Source of the DNA: Octopus bimaculoides
Taxonomy: Eukaryota
NCBI RefSeq assembly: GCF_001194135.2
Contig: NC_068985.1
Location: 3,863,832-3,901,309 of the forward strand
Direction of reading: 5' to 3'
DNA length: 37,478 bases
The position numbers were made by a program, and so were the translations under genes. This document shows positions 12,946 through 24,725 of the stretch, piece by piece (positions within the stretch are counted from its first letter, which is position 1; each line of letters begins with the position of its first letter). Under the pieces are notes generated by a model, which saw only the letters and a program-made list of their open reading frames with translations, was not told the DNA's origin and made no database searches.

Positions 12946-13519
12946 CTGTCAATAGAAAAATTAAGCAAAAATGAGACGACACGAAAATAATATCTGTTAT
13001 GTTAATACATACAATATAAATCATTAAGATTATATAAATATTTTATATACTAAAATTCTATGCAGAAACTGTTCCTATATTATTACGAATTTCGAACCGT
13101 AGTATTCCGCATTAAATTTTTATGCCTGGTGTGTCTATCATTTATTTTAAACTTTGGAAAGGTCTGACTTGAAGGAGACTTGGCCGCTACTATTAGAAAT
13201 GCAAACATCTGCGTAAAGGTAACTTGTCGTTTACGAAAGAATTTCTATTTCCGGTTGATATTTAGCTGTACTAAACCCAGTTTAGTACAGTTGCAGAAAA
13301 TAGTGTTATTAGGGACAGCTAGGATACTTAGGTGGGTTCTTGGCATCTAAGGTTACTTGCTGTAGCCCAGTGTTAGGATTGTTTTTTTTTTCTAACAGTC
13401 TAATCTGTTGAGTGTATATGAAAATAACAACAACAACAACAACAACAACGACAATAATCATAATAGTAATAATAATAGTGGATACGTAAGGTTAGAGGCA
13501 GTAACCCGCTACCCTCTAT

Positions 13520-13590
13520 AATAATAATAATAATCCTTTTTTTCTATAGGCACAAAGCCTGAAATTTTCGTGGCAAGGGGATAGCCGATT
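13520..13590 (-). mobile_element. SINE family B 3'-tail fragment
   Basis: (AAT)n followed by TTTCTATAGGCACAAAGCCTGAAATTTT matches 1728-1760 and 34001-34035. Confidence 0.6.
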
Positions 13591-13628
13591 GCCTATGCAT
13601 GTATCTATGCACGCTCATATACATGCAA

Positions 13629-13661
<33 letters not shown>

Positions 13662-14494
13662 AATGAGTGTCACAAGATTAAGAATGACCATTGCTTGCTG
13701 ATGCGCAACAAAACAACGGTGACGCTTCAGCCTTGCGGTTGATATCCAGAATATGCCACAACTAATGCATGTGTAATCTTGATTAAATATCTTGTTAAAC
13801 CATGGCTGAGATTTGGCATCGGGCACAGAGATGTATAGTATGGTTCGGTCTTATCCCTGTGGCAACTTTTTATTAGCTATGCTTATACAGGTACCTTTGA
13901 GTAGCTTACAAGACAAGCCTTACATAAAACGTTTCGTGCCCAAAAAGGAGCATTTCTAAGGAGCATATCTAAGTGATCGTTTGACCTTCTGGTTTTAAAC
14001 CTAAAACTTCTCCCAATCAGACCCTACTGTCTTGAGAAGAATGCATTGTACAAAGCGGGAGTTAATGTTCAGAAAGAGGAAATGGGCATAACTGGAAGGG
14101 CTTTGCGTATCGATCTTCGTCATTTTGGTGAAACAACAACAACAACAAAAACAAAATGCTTTGTTTCAATAGCAACGAGAAAGATATGAAGTCTAAGGGA
14201 AGAATAAAAACAAAATCGATGTAGCAGCAGCAGCAATGTAATTAATTATTTCTTTTGATTAAATATAAGGCAATTTGTAGAGTATTCGATTTAATGAGCT
14301 TCATGTGTGTGAGTGGCTGAATATATATAATTTATATATCAGTGCATGTGTATACAATTATGTGCTTTAATTACAGCATTAGAGCTTTTTAGCTCTTATT
14401 TCTAGCAATGCCGGTATTCTAACACCCTGGTCATATTTGGTGAAAGTTATAGTCTTCCTTTCTGGTAAAACGTTGCATACTGCTATCTGCATTA

Positions 14495-14533
<39 letters not shown>

Positions 14534-14594
14534 CGTGTGTGTGTGCGTGCGTGTGTGTGTGTGTGCATGTATACACACACACACACACACTTAT

Positions 14595-14629
<35 letters not shown>

Positions 14630-15390
14630 NNNNNNNNNNNNNNNNNNNNNNNNNNNNNNNNNNNNNNNNNNNNNNNNNNNNNNNNNNNNNNNNNNNNNNN
14701 NNNNNNNNNNNNNNNNNNNNNNNNNNNNNNNNNNNNNATATATATATATATTAAAAGTCAGGGTACAATATGAATCTGTTTGCTAGAAAGAAGAGTTAAA
14801 ACTCTCCAAAGCCTCGCTTCTCTAACTATATGTAAACGCGCATGAAGAATGTAGCAAATAATACTAAAGAAAAAAAAAACAGTCGTCCCTGTCTCTAAAA
14901 CTACAAAGATGTCCGAGTATCAATTGATTTTTTAAAGATAATGGTAAACCTATTTGAATTTTGAATTTATACTGGCTCGTTAATGTTCATTTGGAAGTCG
15001 CGGGGCATTCAGCTGAACAAACGCGCACGGAATGGTAAATAAATTTTCAAAAAATAGTTTATGTAGTACGCCTGACTGATGTGCTTTAAATATCTTTGGC
15101 ACAGAAAGCCAAATCAATTGATACTGGGATATCCACCCTCCTCTTTGTAGTTTTACAAATGGGAAGGACTGCTTTTTTTTTTAGTATATTTGCTACATTC
15201 TCGGTGGCTTTGGAGGATTTTAACTCTTCTTTCTAGCAAACAGGTACATATTGTACCCTGATTTTCAATATATATTTTCCTTATTTGCTTATGTTTGCTG
15301 GCTACTTAATTTTTTTTTAAAAGATAATGATAATTTATTTGGATTTTGAGTATATATATAAATACACACATACACACATACATACATAAA

Positions 15391-15427
<37 letters not shown>

Positions 15428-15982
15428 CATCTCATACAAACATATATATATATANNNNNNNNNNNNNNNNNNNNNNNNNNNNNNNNNNNNNNNNNNNNNN
15501 NNNNNNNNNNNNNNNNNNNNNNNNNNNNNNNNNNNNNNNNNNNNNNNNNNNNNNNNNNNNNNNNNNNNNNNNNNNNNNNNNNNNNNNNNNNNNNNNNNNN
15601 NNNNNNNNNNNNNNNNNNNNNNNNNNNNNNNNNNNNNNNNNNNNNNNNNNNNNNNNNNNNNNNNNNNNNNNNNNNNNNNNNNNNNNNNNNNNNNNNNNNN
15701 NNNNNNNNNNNNNNNNNNNNNNNNNNNNNNNNNNNNNNNNNNNNNNNNNNNNNNNNNNNNNNNNNNNNNNNNNNNNNNNNNNNNNNNNNNNNNNNNNNNN
15801 NNNNNNNNNNNNNNNNNNNNNNNNNNNNNNNNNNNNNNNNNNNNNNNNNNNNNNNNNNNNNNNNNNNNNNNNNNNNNNNNNNNNNNNNNNNNNNNNNNNN
15901 NNNNNNNNNNNNNNNNNNNNNNNNNNNNNNNNNNNNNNNNNNNNNNNNNNNNNNNNNNNNNNNNNNNNNNNNNNNNNNNNNG

Positions 15983-16086
15983 GAGAATATACAAATAATA
16001 ACAACAGACGAGGACAGGTGGTGTAAATAACAAAAGTATATATTAGTATGACGCTCGGGAATACGGAAAGTCTTTGACGTTTCGAG
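15983..16086 (-). mobile_element. Truncated Penelope-LTR-like repeat fragment carrying the 3' half of a hammerhead (CTCGAAACGTC)
   Basis: Shares TATTAG..GACGCTC.GG.A..GGAAAGT...TTT.AC.TTTCGAG with the repeat at 17295-17527. Confidence 0.5.
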
Positions 16087-16129
16087 TTATATATATATAA
16101 CAACTCACTCACAGCGGCCTTTTCGTTCC

Positions 16130-16380
16130 ATACCTTGTTTTTCTCTTTCCTTCATACCTTCGTTACCTGCTCTGTCATATCCTCCTCTTTTCCCTCCTCT
16201 CTCGCTCCCTCACTCTTTCTCTCTCTCCCTCTCTCATATCTTCCTCTCTCTCTCTCTTCTTATGTCCCTCTCCCTCTTTTCTCTACCTCTCTCATTCCCT
16301 TCTCACTCCCTTTGTCTTTCTTCCTTTTTACACCCCCTCTCTGTCTCTCTCACTTCCTTTCTATCTCCCCCCTCTCCCCC
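16130..16380. repeat. CT-rich low-complexity tract
   Basis: Read directly from the sequence. Confidence 0.85.
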
Positions 16381-16754
16381 CGCCTGGATTTAAACAACAA
16401 AGATGGTACTAAAGTGGGACAGCAAGAAACTGAAGATTCCGTTGCAAGCTTGGAAAATCGTTAGCGGCGATCCTCCAAACAACACAATTACTGCTGCTCT
16501 GAAGAACAATGGTTTCTGTAGAACCATTGAGCAGATCGAAGTGAAGAAAAACGAATTTATCCGATCCTATGTCTTTATTAGACCACAGATTGAGATTCTT
16601 GATGCCATCATCGAAATCAACTGTGGCAAGGCTGACAAGGGTAAGGAAGATGAAGCAACAACCAGAAATCCCTCTGATCCAGTGGTTCTACAAAAGAATG
16701 GAGCCCCCCCCCATCCCTGTGGACAGCCTGGGGAATGTAAAGGCTACCACTAGT

Positions 16755-16820
16755 AAAGGAAGGAACGTACTACTTTTGCAGACCCCCAGGGGTCCGCGGA
16801 CCTCAGGTTGGGAACGACTG
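16755..16820 (-). mobile_element. Probable hAT/MITE terminal fragment
   Basis: Minus strand begins CAGTCGTTCCCAACCTGAGGTCCGCGGACCCC, resembling CAGTGGTTCCCAACCT ends of hAT-Charlie-type elements. No convincing partner TIR or 8-bp TSD. Confidence 0.45.
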
Positions 16821-17249
16821 ATCTATATGATCACTCGACCTGCTGCAAATATAGGCCAAAGCTTTCAATTTTAATCACAGTTGTTACTTTTTGACGCTAG
16901 CTTGACACGAGTGATAATGTATATTCTGTCTATAACAAGTCGGTTCATTGTTTTTGTTCTTATCTTTTTAGTAAACCATTATTTCACGCTGCTTTAGTTT
17001 ACTTATCTCCTGGAAATATGAAAGAAGATCATTGAGATATGCTCAATCTGACATCACACTATTTCACCTATTAGCTCGAGTTACTTTCCTATTGGTCTGG
17101 AAGTTTTTTCTACCCGCATACTGTTCTGTTGAAGGCCATCATACACAACTATATAATAACAGGTGACCTTTTGCATTTATCTTCTCAGAGGATGACATAT
17201 ATGATAATGTAACGTCTGATACACATACACACACATTTATATATATATG

Positions 17250-17286
<37 letters not shown>

Positions 17287-17394
17287 GTATATATATAGTA
17301 AATCCAAGAAAACGAAGAACAAACACAAAAAACAACGCGAGTTCGTGGTACATGTGAAATATTAGCAGACGCTCAGGGAAGGAAAGTAAGGTGG

Positions 17395-17427
17395 TTTTAC
17401 ATTTCGAGCAAGGCTCTCCTTCAGAAA
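17395..17427 (-). ncRNA. Degenerate minimal type I hammerhead motif; second copy at 17638-17670 lies in an assembly duplication
   Basis: Minus strand: UUU CUGAAG(G)A GAGC-CUU-GCUC GAAA UG UA / AAA. Stem II is perfect; the core has one deviation. Confidence 0.5.
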
Positions 17428-19199
17428 TAGGAGTGTTCAATAGAAAAGGAAGACGGAAGGGGAAAAATCACCAACGATTCACATGTGGTTACATTTTGAA
17501 ATGACGCCCCCGGCTTTCCGACAAGCTNNNNNNNNNNATAGTAAATCCAAGAAAACGAAGAACAAACACAAAAAACAACGCGAGTTCGTGGTACATGTGA
17601 AATATTAGCAGACGCTCAGGGAAGGAAAGTAAGGTGGTTTTACATTTCGAGCAAGGCTCTCCTTCAGAAATAGGAGTGTTCAATAGAAAAGGAAGACGGA
17701 AGGGGAAAAATCACCAACGATTCACATGTGGTTACATTTTGAAATGACGCCCCCGGCTTTCCGACAAGCTTTGGAGAACGTAATTCGCGGAAATTTTTTC
17801 TATCTTCGGGTACGTACAAATATTAATGATCGAAATGAAGATGAGAGATTTTTATGGTTTGTTGTGGGATTTATGAAAAATGAGGGGAAGGGCAAGGCCC
17901 ATCGAGTTAAGGACTCAGTTCCCCAAGAATTTACCACTTAATGGAGATTACCACAATGCCAGAACTAATAATAACAAGAGCACCCAGAGAGCGCAAATCT
18001 TCGCCAAGGCAACGCCAACGTCCTCGTCCTTATTTGTTTAATTAAGCACAAGGCCTCATAATAGAAGTTCCATTTTACTGTTTTTAAATTAAGTGTATAC
18101 TTTCGGCTCATCGAAAACTCTCAGATGAGACACGCTTAATAGCAAATACTAATTTTTAACTTTTGTAAAAGCCTAGATTTAAAGATCTGTGTATTAGCTC
18201 TGATTTGTAGATTACTGGTATTTTGTTTATCTACCACTGAATGAATAAACTCTGAAAATAGATTCTAAAGCTCACTAGCATAAGACAATTGGTTCGGTTG
18301 TTGACAGTGTTTGTCGCTCAGTTAACATTCTAACAAGAAGCAAATATTAAAATGACAAAACGCACAAAGTAATGAATTCTAAATAATTCTCGTGAGACAT
18401 TTTCTTACCAAAATGATATTCTCTCGTTGAACTTTCTGAACAGAATTTTTTTTTAAACTTCAAATGTGCACAAATATAACAGAGATAGAGAATGCGCAGA
18501 TTATTATCGAACAGAATATATAGTTTTTCAGGTGTATTTATATTCGGGTTAACACTTCTGCGAAAAGAATTATATTTTTCTTCAGTTCGTTATATATTCA
18601 CTGAAAAATTCATTGCACAAAATATCGCAATTCCTTCTATAATTTTCCAGGAAGACATCGAAAATAAGCTTGCAAGAATATGGAGCATTTTCTTGCAAAA
18701 GGCCACCTGGTTAGATATACTTGTGCACGATGCGCTTAACAGAACAGCATGCGGTTAGAACTTTTGGACCAATAGGAAAGTAGCTGCAGAGGAGTGGGAT
18801 GTGAGGGTGGGCGTTTATAGATGATCTCGTTCATATTTCCAAACTGCAGTAACGTAAAATAAATTATTCACAAAAAAAAAAGAACAAAATCAATGAATTG
18901 CCTTGCTATCGACAGAATATGCATCATTAATGTCTAGGCTTCTAAGAAGTGATAACTAATAAAAATTGATGGGGATTCTAAGGAGAGAGAATCAAGAAAT
19001 CAGGAGCTAGTAAAGGATTTTTGGATTTTTCCTTCTACTGAAATAATTCCTTGCAATTAGTCAAATGAACATCGTCTTAAAATTTCAGAAAAAGTATTCT
19101 CTTGCAAGCTTTTATAGGGGTAAGCCTGATATAATCAATATTATAAAATGCCAAGTCACGTTTTCACGCTGCTTTTCTTTTTTGTTTTCTCACGCCGTA

Positions 19200-19800
19200 A
19201 CGTTATGGGAGTGTAGGGGAAAGTATTAGCTGTGCTGAGAGGGGTGAAAGTAAAAGAAAGAATTTAAAGAATATATGGATTCGACAAATAGATAGGTAGG
19301 AGATTGACAGAGTGTGGGTGAGAAAGAAAGAAAGAAAAAGAAAGAAAGAAAGAGCTAACAATCAACCATGAAACGAGACAGGGAGTTAGACGAGCAGACG
19401 ACAGAACGAGTAGGAGGAGGAAATAATGTAAGGTAAGGGAAGAGTGGTGAGAAAAAAAAAGAGCTCTAGAAATGTAGAGGAATCAGAAAGGTAACGGAAT
19501 AAAATAACAGAGTGTATAGATAACGAGTGACTAATAGAAAAGAATAAAGAAAGAGAGGAACATTAATAGATGATATCAAAGTATGTACAGGAAAGAAGAG
19601 GTTGAATAAAAAGGAAAGCGGTGGAGGTAAATTTTGACAGAGATGAAAAAGGAGGAGAATTATAACATATAAAAAGATATGAAGAGAATAAATAATGAAG
19701 CAAATACGTCACAGATTAAGGGAGAAGGGGGTAACAGAAGGAGTGAAGAGGAAACTGAAAGTCAGATATAACAAAGGATTTCGATATACAAAAATAACAA
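19200..19800. repeat. Purine (GA)-rich low-complexity region
   Basis: Strong A/G bias on the + strand and no ORF. Confidence 0.7.
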
Positions 19801-20430
19801 AGACATGGATCACGCTAATGTAGCGTAATGACATAACGCATAATCTAATTTTGATATTTTCTTACTACGAATTCACTCTATCTACCCTTTAATATATAAG
19901 TTTGAAAAGAAGATGAAGATATAGTACGAGTCTAAATAAACTTATCTATTTTAATAAAAGTTTATGGATTTATGATTTAATATTATATTCACCAACATGA
20001 ACTCATGACATAAATATACATATTTGATTTCCTCTTATCTTCAAATTGTGGGTTTTCTTTTGGGTAACTCTCGTAGTTAACAGAACATTCCCCCACTCTT
20101 CAGAAACAGTAAAATTTAAAAAAAAACATAATCAAGGAAACAATACTAATGAGGTAAAATATTGTCAGTCTCTTGAAACAAATATAAAAAAAAAACATAT
20201 CAACAACCTATACAACATAAACACAAAGAAACGTAACAACGAATGTTCTATGTAGTGGTATGGAATTAGCTAAACTTACAGCTGCTGGCTGCTGAAATAC
20301 ATCTCAGCTTCGAATCAATAACAAATTACGTTTATGAACACTGACAACTATACATACATACACACGTGTGTGTGTTTATACACACACCACATATACACAC
20401 ACACATATATATATATTTGTATATATTTGC

Positions 20431-20489
<59 letters not shown>

Positions 20490-21149
20490 CGTGTGTGCTT
20501 AACTCGACAAATTTGAATCAGATATGTTTCATATGGTTAGAAACATTAAATTTTCCAAATATAAATTCCTCTTTCAAAAACAACTTTAACATACCATAAG
20601 ATTATATCTATATCTTTTTCCTTATAAATGTCCTGAAAAATCCTCACAGGCATATATATATNNNNNNNNNNNNNNNNNNNNNNNNNNNNNNNNNNNNNNN
20701 NNNNNNNNNNNNNNNNNNNNNNNNNNNNNNNNNNNNNNNNNNNNNNNNNNNNNNNNNNNNNNNNNNNNNNNNNNNNNNNNNNNNNNNNNNNNNNNNNNNN
20801 NNNNNNNNNNNNNNNNNNNNNNNNNNNNNNNNNNNNNNNNNNNNNNNNNNNNNNNNNNNNNNNNNNNNNNNNNNNNNNNNNNNNNNNNNNNNNNNNNNNT
20901 AATCAAAATAAGCAGCAAGGATATCCAGTGGTAATGCAATACGACAGTTTCAAGCAACTCCATTTAATTGAACAATGCAATCATTACATTAATTTAAATG
21001 CAGAGCAATCCTCAGCTGCATAAAGACATAGAATTTAATTAAATTAAAACAGATGGACACGACACATTAGTATAATTTTACCTAAAATCTCCAAGAAGGT
21101 AAGGAGATAGACAGAGAACATGCTGACTTCACTTCAGCTTAGATGTCAC

Positions 21150-22808
21150 GAATTAAAAAATTAAAGTTTAGTTTATGGTCCAATTCATTCCCAGTCGACT
21201 GGTTTAGATTTATTACTAATAAGAAGATCACTAAGTTTATCCAGTTTGACAATTCTGGTTTTTATTCCTCCACCAACCCAATAGTACTTAATAAAGACAT
21301 TTTGGCTTGTACATAACAAAGCTGGTCTCACCAGGGAAGAAATTAATGTTGTGTTGGCCGCCAGAAAATTTGTCATAAAGTTTGACAATAAGTTGTGAGT
21401 CCGTAAAGACATACCCTAGGTTTTGATGTTACGATGGGAAATTTTGATTCAGCATAAATAGCTGATTTAGTCTATATATATATATATACTTTTTGAAATG
21501 GCAGACCAGTCCCCAAGCATCAATGGCGGTCTATATCGTGTTGATTGTTTACTTTACCTTCAAAATGTTTCTGACCAAAATGTACAAGTTAAGAATAGTT
21601 TAGTTAAGTTTTTCCGTAGAATGGGCTTAAGCATCGTTTTTGATGATGATGTAACGAAGGCCAACTTTTTAGATATTACACTTAACTTACACAATAATTC
21701 GTACTTCCCATACCACAAACCATCGACCAATCTTAAGTATATTAGCCAATTGTGTAATCATTCTAGGGTAATCACTAGGAACTTAGTTAAGAATATTTCA
21801 TACAAATTGTCTAAGTTATCTGCTTATGTTGACATTTTCAATAAGACTGAATTTATAACTCTGCCTTACTTAAAGTAGGTTATACAGAGAAAGTTACCTA
21901 CATTAACTCCATTCAATCTTATTCTACCTTTACTAATGGAGACATGAAATCTAGTTTTAAGGATATAAACGATATCAATTTTAATTTATACGCCAACACC
22001 AAACAGAAGAAGGGAGATAACCCTTATTTAAACCCCTCTTTTCGTTCTAAACATAAATCTATGTCTTTTAAAGATAGTTACCCCTAAAAATAAGGTAACT
22101 AATAGTAAAATCATTTGGTTGATATTCCTAATGGAAGGCAAATTAAATTTAATCTTCCTTTGCAGTTTCGGGAAGCTATTATTAGGAATTTTCCAAAGAA
22201 TTCTAGGTATTACTCTATTATCAACTCGCACACGGTTAGGATTGGTTTTTCCAACACAAAAAATCTCTTACAAATTATCTCCTTACATGATATTAGCCTG
22301 TTAAATAAGAATACGTTTACTAATACTAACATTAATTTAGCAAATACAATCCATCCACCTGGAAATATTAATAACAAGGTTATTGTCTCTGAAGTCAATT
22401 CCAACAGAATTAAGTTTATGTCAAGTAACTCTAAAATTAAAAATTCTATATACCAGTGTAAAATTACTTCAGGTACCGATGTATTTTCTATATAGGTAGC
22501 TCTTCTTCTCAGTTATATAATAGAATTTCTAATAATTACTCTACATTTAGGGATAGAAATAAACGTAACAGTACAGGACTTAGTAAATTAATTTTGTATC
22601 TAAAAGACCATAATAAACAATTGAATTTAGATTGGTTGAGTCTCTCAATTTCGTTCCCTTATGATAAAGGCAAGGAATTCTGTCTTCTCTGTAATTCTGA
22701 ACTATTTAAAAAATTCTTTTTTCTAAAAATCCCCTTATAAACACGGTTATAGAGCGTGCTTACCGATGTAAACATTGGCAGAAACACACCTTTAGTTCAT
22801 ATAAGTGA
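21150..22808 (+). mobile_element. Penelope-like retroelement, decayed RT + GIY-YIG endonuclease ORF, 5'-truncated
   Basis: RT motifs DWFRFITNKKITKFIQFD (FIQFD 21236-21250), FDVTMGNFD (21422-21448), GLYRVD (YxDD site mutated, 21528-21545), NFLDITLNL, YHKP. GIY-YIG motifs IYQC (22448) and FYIG (~22486-22497, after a 1-nt frameshift). C-terminal CLLC and RCKHWQKH. Multiple stops and frameshifts. Confidence 0.9.
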
Positions 22809-23100
22809 TATCTACCATTATATTTAATTTAAACATTGATTTTCTTCTTATATTTCACTTTTACTAGATATATCTTTTTCCAAGACTTTAGGGTTTTATT
22901 TAATTTGCATATCGCTCTATACTTCTCATTTATTTGGTTTCTGATTTTTTCTTTCCTTTACCTCCCCCTCTTTCTATAGGCTACTTTTGACGTTATATCC
23001 TCTAACGTTTTTTAAAAAAAAACTTTATAGCGTTCAGTTCATCACTTTACATATCCATCATTTTCTGTTAAAATGTCTTACTGACGAGTTTTATTTCTTC

Positions 23101-23190
23101 ATTTTCCTGAAGAGAAGATTATATTGTTTTACACCATTTTATTCCTTTGGAATAATACCAATGATATCTTCGAAACATGTGTCGGAAGTA
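23101..23190 (+). ncRNA. Type I hammerhead ribozyme with intact core in the 3' region of the Penelope-like element
   Basis: Stem I AUUUUC (23101-06)/GGAAGU (23185-90); core CUGAAGA (23107-13); stem II GAAGAU (23114-19)/AUCUUC (23167-72); GAAA (23173-76); C-AUGU-GUC with predicted cleavage after 23184. Confidence 0.8.
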
Positions 23191-23566
23191 AAAGAATTCG
23201 AATAACACCTGCGTTTAACTCCATTTATATATATATATATATATGTATATATGTGTGTGTGTACGTATGTATGTATGTATGTTTGTATGTATGTATGTAC
23301 GTATGTATATGTATGTATGTATAGATGTATGTATATCTTTTATGTATATATAAGTATATATATATATATACAGGTGAGTGGATAAACGAAAGAGCACATT
23401 GAGTAGGTGTTACGAATATTGTTATTGTTATTTAAGATGTTTGATTCGGTTCCATCGGACTCAGTTTCGTCGGCTTCTTACAGAAACCTAGCTCATGGGA
23501 CGTGTGAGTGTGTGTGTGTGTGTTTGTGAGTGCGCCTGCGTGTCAATCAGGAACACCACACTATAC

Positions 23567-23624
23567 CAAACATTGAAAAGCATGTGTAAAAATATGCGAG
23601 ATCAACGAGAGAAAAGTATGTAAT
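23567..23624 (-). CDS. Weak candidate exon, hydrophobic peptide ITYFSLVDLAYFYTCFSMF(G)
   Basis: Strong acceptor GTTTTTGTGTCTGTTTTCCAG ends at 23625, but the donor TTG|GTATAG is only moderate. Confidence 0.22.
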
Positions 23625-24161
23625 CTGGAAAACAGACACAAAAACTCGTGTAAAATTCAATTCGATGCAAATACTCGCTTCTGTATGGCTATTAACATTA
23701 GTTGACCGAACACAAATAGAAACCACATCATGTGTCAATATCGTTTTTGATGCTTTGATACTGCAAATCTATAATCAGAGATGTTCAACCCATGCTTTTC
23801 TGAGATATTGTATCTAGGAATACTTGATGTGTTCGTTTTTCTAAAGCAGTAGGATATAATTTGGGGCAGACCTTACTGCTTTAGTTAGCAGATTCAATGA
23901 GCACGAGGAAACTCCAGCGTGGACTTGCTGTGTTATTAGGTTTCTGCTCTTCTCCGTCACTGGATCTAGGGTTTACATTCTTCTCTGTTTCACTTCTTGT
24001 TTTTTGATAGTAACATGTAATTTAAGGGAGAGGTTGACTGCTATTTCTAGCTGTTTAATCGACCGCATAGCGTCACTTCTTCCTGCTTCGATATCTTGTA
24101 GATTCCCTTATGTATTTCATGATGGTGGGTTACAATACTTGTATTTGAACATCTCCCCCAC

Positions 24162-24164
<3 letters not shown>

Positions 24165-24204
<40 letters not shown>

Positions 24205-24725
24205 TCTCTCTCTCTCTTTCTGTTAACCTTTCACTCTTCTAAACAACTTCGCTCTCCAGATATCTCTACAGACGATACTCTCCCTGCTTACCTCTAACTA
24301 CATCTCACCTTGCTCCATCTATCTACTTCAGTCTCTCTCTGTAATCATCTGACAACTCTTCTCCTTTACTGCCTCCCCTTAACTTTCTCTCTCATCCTCC
24401 CTCCCACCCTCTGCCCATCTGCATCCTCCTTCTTTTCTCTCCCTCTCCTTCTCTCCTTGTTTATTTCCACCTTCTCTCATTCGATATCTATTTCTAACGC
24501 CATCTCTCTCTCTCATTATATATCCTTTCATCTCCCACCACCTCTCTTTTCAGTATCTCTCGTCCTATTCATCTCCAGCCACTTTGCTCTCTTTCTTTCC
24601 ATTCTCTTCTATTTGCTCTTCCTCGTTTCTTTATTTCTTTCATCTTCACTCCAATTCCATTCATGTATTTTTAATTGGTTGTATTCTTTCGATTCCCATT
24701 TCCTTCCGGTCGTCTCTCTCTAACC
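24165..24725. repeat. (CT)n microsatellite followed by a CT-rich low-complexity region
   Basis: Read directly from the sequence. Confidence 0.85.

Noticed and set aside
17295-17770. Exact 233-bp tandem duplication (17295-17527 and 17538-17770)
   Set aside because: The copies are identical, separated only by a 10-N gap and begin at a (TA)n tract. This is a typical unmerged contig overlap, so it is not counted as a tandem ribozyme dimer unless long reads confirm it.
23452-23495. Minus-strand CUGUAAGA..GAAAC-UGA-GUC
   Set aside because: No stem II or stem I pairing and an altered core; probably chance.
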